DNA of 64,000 nt from Candidatus Moanibacter sp. Its GTDB lineage: Bacteria; Verrucomicrobiota; Verrucomicrobiia; Opitutales; UBA2987. The notes beneath the pieces were generated by a model. The model ran no database searches. It was not told the DNA's origin and was given only the letters and a program-made list of their open reading frames with translations. The stretch covers positions 320,001-384,000 of the forward strand of contig CBDCEW010000105.1 of NCBI GenBank assembly GCA_965215885.1, read 5' to 3'. Of the stretch, positions 58,658 through 64,000 are shown one piece after another (within the stretch, counting starts at the first letter, position 1; each line of letters begins with the position of its first letter). Both the position numbers and the translations under genes were made by a program.

Positions 58658-58871
58658 CGTCCCCGGTCCCGTAGAACCCACGGACGATCGCCTCGCGAAC
58701 TACGGCAGCTTCCCTCGCGTCACTGCACTTCGTCATCTGCTCCGCCAGCGCCGACAGTTCGTCACTTGTCAGCCTGCGTTCGGCGTCCAGCTTATACGCG
58801 AAGCGAATCACCTCTGCCTGTTCTTCCGGAGGCAGCCTTTGAATCTCTGCGATGATCTGCGTCAACGTCAT
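58650..58871 (-). CDS. Small helical hypothetical protein, antitoxin candidate
   Basis: MTLTQIIAEIQRLPPEEQ N-terminus resembles the 321-518 product. Confidence 0.65.
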   Translation of the reverse strand: MTLTQIIAEIQRLPPEEQAEVIRFAYKLDAERRLTSDELSALAEQMTKCSDAREAAVVREAIVRGFYGTGDDA

Positions 58872-59001
58872 AGTAATTCATATCTTACCTGACACACAAG
58901 CTTTGCGTCAAGCTCGCAGCACCTGACCACTTGGAGAGATGTCTCCGCAGCCCTGAATCCTGACACCCTAAGCCTATAGAACAACAGTCGAAAGCGAAAA
59001 G

Positions 59002-59877
59002 TCAGCCTTGGTAGATCGTGAAAAGAGCTTCCGCGATGGAGGAGGGAGTTTCCGCGACTGCGATATCAGCCTTGCGTAGAGCCTTTATCTTCGCCTCCGC
59101 CGTGCCGCTTCCACCGGATACTATTGCTCCCGCATGACCCATGCGGCGTCCTGGAGGGGCGGTCATGCCCGCGATAAATGCCGCCACCGGTTTTCGCACA
59201 GATTCCTTGATGAATTGCGCGGCTTCCTCTTCAGCGGTACCGCCGATTTCACCGATCATGATAATCGCTTCGGTATCGGGATCTGCGTTGAATGCTTTTA
59301 CGGCGTCAAGGTGAGTTGTCCCTACGACCGGATCCCCGCCGATACCGATACAGGTGCTCTGCCCGTGACCACGGGAAGTGAGTTGCCAAACAGCTTCATA
59401 AGTCAGTGTACCCGAGCGAGATATGACCCCAACTTTTCCGGGTTTGTGGATATATCCGGGCATGATGCCCATTTTACATGCTCCCGGTGTAATGATACCG
59501 GGGCAGTTGGGACCGATGAGCCGGGAATTGCTTTGCCCCAACTTCGCTTTCACGGCAGTCATATCGCGGACCGGGATTCCTTCGGTTATGCAAACGATGA
59601 GTTCGATTCCCGAGTCGATCGCTTCGAGGATTGAATCAGCGGCGAAGGGAGGCGGCACAAAGATGAGTGAAGCGTTTGCCTGCTCCATGGCAACCGCATC
59701 ACTGACACTGTCGAAGACGGGCACCTTGTCTTCAAACTTCTGCCCGCCTTTTCCTGGAGTGACACCGGCAACAATCGTAGGGGCGTATTCCATACATTGG
59801 TGCGCATGAAAGCCTCCCGCCTTGCCGGTAATGCCTTGGACGACGATTCTTGTTTCTCTATTTACAAAGATGCTCAT
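59002..59877 (-). CDS. sucD: Succinyl-CoA ligase alpha subunit
   Basis: [27 protein letters not shown]. Confidence 0.98.
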   Translation of the reverse strand: MSIFVNRETRIVVQGITGKAGGFHAHQCMEYAPTIVAGVTPGKGGQKFEDKVPVFDSVSDAVAMEQANASLIFVPPPFAADSILEAIDSGIELIVCITEGIPVRDMTAVKAKLGQSNSRLIGPNCPGIITPGACKMGIMPGYIHKPGKVGVISRSGTLTYEAVWQLTSRGHGQSTCIGIGGDPVVGTTHLDAVKAFNADPDTEAIIMIGEIGGTAEEEAAQFIKESVRKPVAAFIAGMTAPPGRRMGHAGAIVSGGSGTAEAKIKALRKADIAVAETPSSIAEALFTIYQG

Positions 59878-59906
59878 GGGAGGGGTCCTCCTACTCCCGC
59901 TCAGCG

Positions 59907-61487
59907 CATACGCGTAAACCTTATTTTCGCAACTTAGTCAGATTCAAAGACTTGCGAGGTATTTTGCGGCGGAGTATGAGGGTGTCTCTATCCTCGAGGT
60001 TCCACTCCATTTGTTCGCCCTTTTCTATTTGCTTCGTTTCGACCACAGCGGTGAGGAAATTCGCAGTTGAGCGAGTGCATTTTGGCCGGGTTATCTTCTC
60101 TACTTTTACCGTCTACCCCATTTTTTTTCACTTTGGCAGCATTTTATACTGTACATTCATTCATATATAGGATTTATCCTTCGGATGCAAAGTATAAAAA
60201 AAGCTGATTGTATCCGTCAAACCTTCCGTAAGTTGAACCTCACAGCCCTCGCTAAACAGAGTGGTTTTAGAGAGAGGAAATCGCGCAAGATCTCCCCTCT
60301 GAACTTTGTTTTGGCTTTGCTGGCGATGGCTTCTAAGGGGGCCTTGTCCCTTGGCAAAGAAGCCGAGCTTATTGGATTCTTAGCCAACCGCACCATTTCC
60401 AGACAAGCGGTCCAAAAGTGCGCCAAAAAAGCCACCGCTTTTATGACCTTAGTGCTCCTGAGGCTTTTAGAACTTAAAGCTTATGGGCCTGTGGGCAGAG
60501 CTGTTCCAAATTGCATGAGGAGCTTTGAACGGGTTCTCATTGCCGACAGCACCGATTGGCTTGCCTAAGGTCCCTGGCCCCCTTCTTCCCCGGAGGTCCA
60601 ATCAGACAGGCTCCAAACAGGCTCAACTGAAGATTCAGGCCTATTACGATCTGCGCAATGAATCCTTCGTTGACTTCAGCCTCAGTAGCTTCCGAAAAAA
60701 CGATCAGGCTGCTTCCAAAGACATTCTGCTCTCGCTCAACCCAACGACTTGATCCTGCGCGACTTAGGCTATTTTGTCCTCGATGTCTTTAAGCAACTCG
60801 ATCAGCGCGGCTGCCTTTGTGAGTCGTTTGACCGGCACTTGCCTTTTAGCCAACGAAGGCGATGAAGAGCTCGATCTACGCAAACTTTTACGTGGCCAAA
60901 AGCTTCTCGATATGCCCGTTCGGGTGGGTAAAAAAGCCAAGCTTCCGGTTCGTCTGATCGCCGTCAAACTCCCTCAGAAGGTGGCCCATAAACGCCGCCG
61001 CGAGCATAGACAAAACCGCGACAATAGACTTCGATATACCAGCCGCACCATTCCTTCTCGGTTTCCAAATCTTTATTACCAACCTCCATCAGAAAGACTT
61101 TAGCCCTAAGCAGATTCTGAGCTTTTACGGGCTTCGCTGGCGCATCCTTTAAGGCCTTTAAGCAACATCTTAATCCGCAGGTCAGACTACTCCCTACCAG
61201 GTTGAGCTTCTTATCTACGCCCGTCTCATCCTCATTACCCACTTACTCAACTTCGTCTATGGTCCCCTTAGACACTATTCGAATACCAGTTTGTCCTCTC
61301 CTCTGAGTATCCTTAAATTCTCCTACTGGTTTGGCTTCTTTGCTCCCTACTTCTTCATCCTCTCTCACCTTCCCAAAGATCAGATCATCCCCCGATGGCT
61401 CAAACAAATCCCCAAACACTGCACCTATGAAAAGCGTTCTCGTCTTGATTTCCTCTCTTGTTTCTTCTCCTTAGGTTAACGCAAATG
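59907..61487 (+). mobile_element. Degenerate IS4 family element, transposase broken by several frameshifts
   Basis: TIRs CATACGCGTAAACCT / AGGTTAACGCAAATG; 9-bp duplication CGCTCAGCG/CGCGCAGCG; fragments VLIADST, RDLGYF, YGLRW. Confidence 0.85.
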
Positions 61488-61527
61488 CGCGCAGCGGGAG
61501 TAGGACGATGTATGAGTGTGAGAATTG

Positions 61528-62715
61528 CTAGGCATTTCTGGCGAGGGCGACGATCCTTTCGGCCGCCTCGCTTAAGCTGTCCACAGAAGTGATGGTTAAT
61601 CCACTTTCGGCGAGAAGAGTCTTTCCTTGATCGACGTGTGTGCCTTCGAGACGTACAACAAGGGGAACTGAGATTTTGACTGCGTTGGCGGCCGCGATAA
61701 TTCCTTTTGCAATGATATCACAGTGCATGATACCGCCGAAAATGTTTACGAGGATGCCCTTCACTTTGGGGTCACTAAGTATGATTTCAAATGCCTTGGT
61801 GACTTGCTTTTCATCTGCACTGCCGCCGACATCCAGGAAATTTGCCGGATTTCCGCCAAAGTGTTTTATGATATCCATAGTAGCCATGGCGAGACCCGCT
61901 CCGTTTACCAGGCAAGCGATGTTTCCATCAAGGGCGATATAGCTGAGGGAATATTTCGAGGCCTCGATTTCTTTGGGGTCTTCTTCATTGAGGTCGCGCA
62001 GCTCCACAATATCAGGGTGCCGGTAAAGCGCGTTTTCGTCGAAACTGACCTTCGCATCGAGCGCCTCAATGTCTCCCTCTCGGGTCGTAATGAGGGGGTT
62101 GATCTCAACCATTGAGGCGTCTTTTTCGCAAAACAACCGATGGAGAGCCTGAAGGATCACAACCATTTGCTTGAAGACGCTTCCCGCAAACCCCAATCCG
62201 AAAGCTACCTTGCGAGCCTGGAAAGGTTGGAGGCCCATGACGGGGTCGATGAAGACTTTAACGATCTTTTCCGGAGACTCTTGGGCGACTTTTTCGATTT
62301 CGACTCCGCCTTCCGTAGACGCGATAATAACAGGTTGAGAAGTGGCTCGATCGAGCAATATTGCCAGGTAGTACTCCTTTTCAATCTGGCTGACCGCGTT
62401 GAAATACACCGTCTGGACCTTCCTCCCCGACGGTCCGGTCTGGTGAGTAACGAGAGTATTCCCGAGCATGCGGCGGGCACTGGCAAGGGCTTCTCCATGG
62501 GAAGGAGCTACGACTACGCCCCCCTTAACCCCGTCCACAAAGGTCCCTTTCCCTCTACCGCCGGCGTGAATTTGGGCTTTGACGACGACCGGTCCATCGG
62601 CGAATTCCTGAAGGGCGGTTTCGAAGTCTTCTTCACTTCGGACGGCGATTCCCTTCGGTACCGGGATACCGTAATCTTGAAAGAGCTGTTTTGCCTGATA
62701 TTCGTGTATATTCAC
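61528..62715 (-). CDS. sucC: Succinyl-CoA ligase beta subunit
   Basis: [39 protein letters not shown]. Confidence 0.98.
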   Translation of the reverse strand: MNIHEYQAKQLFQDYGIPVPKGIAVRSEEDFETALQEFADGPVVVKAQIHAGGRGKGTFVDGVKGGVVVAPSHGEALASARRMLGNTLVTHQTGPSGRKVQTVYFNAVSQIEKEYYLAILLDRATSQPVIIASTEGGVEIEKVAQESPEKIVKVFIDPVMGLQPFQARKVAFGLGFAGSVFKQMVVILQALHRLFCEKDASMVEINPLITTREGDIEALDAKVSFDENALYRHPDIVELRDLNEEDPKEIEASKYSLSYIALDGNIACLVNGAGLAMATMDIIKHFGGNPANFLDVGGSADEKQVTKAFEIILSDPKVKGILVNIFGGIMHCDIIAKGIIAAANAVKISVPLVVRLEGTHVDQGKTLLAESGLTITSVDSLSEAAERIVALARNA

Positions 62716-62716
62716 T

Positions 62717-62816
62717 CTAGGAATCTGTCGGTCTTAGCATTTCTAACTCTAGCAGCCTGTCGGAATGAAAACGAGTAATATCTTCGAAAGAGGCATAAAG
62801 TCCGACAGGCTGCTAG
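62717..62816. repeat. Family A MITE-like elements; complete 68-bp unit at 62749-62816
   Basis: CTAGCAGCCTGTCGGA..TCCGACAGGCTGCTAG; further end CTAGGAATCTGTCGG at 62717. Confidence 0.85.
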
Positions 62817-63589
62817 GTTAAAACCTCGATATCTCCAGTTTCAGCACTTTTCGAAACGGGGGTTACGATGTTGTTCTGCATTTCGGTAATCTCCGATATT
62901 CCTTTCCGGGCGAGAGAAAGGATAGATTCGAGCTGTCTTTGAGAGAATGTTCCCTCTTCGCCGGATCCTTGAAGTTCGACAAACTCCAGGCTACCGCTCA
63001 TAACGACATTGAAATCGACGGATGCGACCTTGTCTTCGGCATAGTTGAGGTCGAGGATTTCAGTGCCGTCGCAGATCCCGACACTGACCGCGGCTATTGA
63101 GTCGAGGAATGGATTTTCTTTGAGTGCTCCTGAGCGGATCAGGTTGTCGACTGCCAATCTTGCCGCTACGTAGGCACCGGTGATAGAGACGGTGCGCGTC
63201 CCTCCGTCGGCTTGGAGGACATCGCAGTCTAACCAAAGTGTAGATGCCGGGAGTTTCCTAAGATCTGCGACGGCGCGCAACGATCTACCGATCAACCGCT
63301 GAATTTCAATTGTTCTTCCGTCAATTTTTCCGCGTGTGCTGTCACGGGCCTTCCTATACAGTGTGCTGTATGGCAGCATCGAGTATTCCGCTGTAATCCA
63401 TCCTCCATTGACGCCTTGCTGAGTCATCCACCTGGGAACCCTCTTTTCAAAGGTGACGGCGCAGATCACCCTTGTATTTCCAAAGCTCGCGAGTACTGCT
63501 CCGGCGGCGTAGGGGGCGATACCGGTCTCGAATTTAACATTGCGGAGTTCGCCGGTCTTGCGGCAATCAAGTCGTTGAAACTCGCTCAT
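62813..63589 (-). CDS. rph: Ribonuclease PH
   Basis: [34 protein letters not shown]. Confidence 0.96.
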   Translation of the reverse strand: MSEFQRLDCRKTGELRNVKFETGIAPYAAGAVLASFGNTRVICAVTFEKRVPRWMTQQGVNGGWITAEYSMLPYSTLYRKARDSTRGKIDGRTIEIQRLIGRSLRAVADLRKLPASTLWLDCDVLQADGGTRTVSITGAYVAARLAVDNLIRSGALKENPFLDSIAAVSVGICDGTEILDLNYAEDKVASVDFNVVMSGSLEFVELQGSGEEGTFSQRQLESILSLARKGISEITEMQNNIVTPVSKSAETGDIEVLT

Positions 63590-64000
63590 GTATAGTTGGA
63601 AGCTGTAATGGCCTGTTGCAGATCTTCGGCATCATTGGTGCCGGCGGGAGGAAGTTCCCTATTCTTTTCGGGAGGTGGATCTGTCCATTTCCCTTCGTTC
63701 ACAATTAGTTTGATCAGCTCGTCAACCGCTTTCGCCTCCGGGATATGATAATCCACACAATTTTTCCCAACATAAAGATTCACTTTTCCCGGAGCGCCTC
63801 CCACATATCCGAAATCGGCGTCCGCCATCTCTCCCGGGCCGTTAACGATACAACCCATCACCGCGATGGTGACCCCTTTTAGGTGATTTGTCCTCTCCCT
63901 GATTTGCTGAGTTGTCGACTGCAAGTCGAAGAGTGTCCTTCCACAACTGGGGCAGGCGACGTATTCGGTTTTAGTGATACGAGCACGAGAACCTTGCAAT
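63586..64000 (-). CDS. ispG: HMBPP synthase IspG, C-terminal part (truncated by window)
   Basis: [32 protein letters not shown]. Confidence 0.95.
   Translation of the reverse strand, partial: LQGSRARITKTEYVACPSCGRTLFDLQSTTQQIRERTNHLKGVTIAVMGCIVNGPGEMADADFGYVGGAPGKVNLYVGKNCVDYHIPEAKAVDELIKLIVNEGKWTDPPPEKNRELPPAGTNDAEDLQQAITASNYT

Overview
Bacterial chromosomal window; the core genes (hpf, gltX, leuCD, fabV, uvrB, sucCD, rph, ispG) look Verrucomicrobiota/Opitutales-like, which is an inference from protein style only. (1) 1-7.9 kb: an integron with an internally deleted intI, an attI and 7 minus-strand cassettes (three toxin-antitoxin pairs, a GH117-like glycosidase, a frameshifted AAC(3)-family gene, a GNAT, a membrane protein). 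One attC is split by two head-to-tail, ORF-deleted group IIC introns. (2) 10.4-31.7 kb: a respiratory locus bracketed by two paralogous His-rich membrane genes. Its minus-strand arm encodes a cupredoxin-like lipoprotein, an A-family heme-copper oxidase whose subunit I lacks the K-channel lysine, a CydB-less bd-like oxidase subunit and three membrane c-type cytochromes. Its convergent plus-strand arm encodes CusF-SCO, an Mrp ATPase and three consecutive proteins carrying five protochlorophyllide-reductase C-terminal (PCP_red-like) domains fused to a Zn ribbon, an AhbD/NirJ-like radical SAM enzyme and a tandem USP. This arm is the best candidate for an undescribed system. (3) 32-43.4 kb: partner-switching and kinase/adenylate cyclase signalling genes, an intact IS4, murJ and an orphan MamK-like actin. 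(4) 43.8-64 kb: housekeeping genes with tRNA-Arg, a deletion scar, a candidate new TA pair and a decayed IS4 inside a palindrome between sucC and sucD. CTAG-ended MITE-like repeats are scattered throughout. All assignments are by-eye motif recognition; no searches were run.
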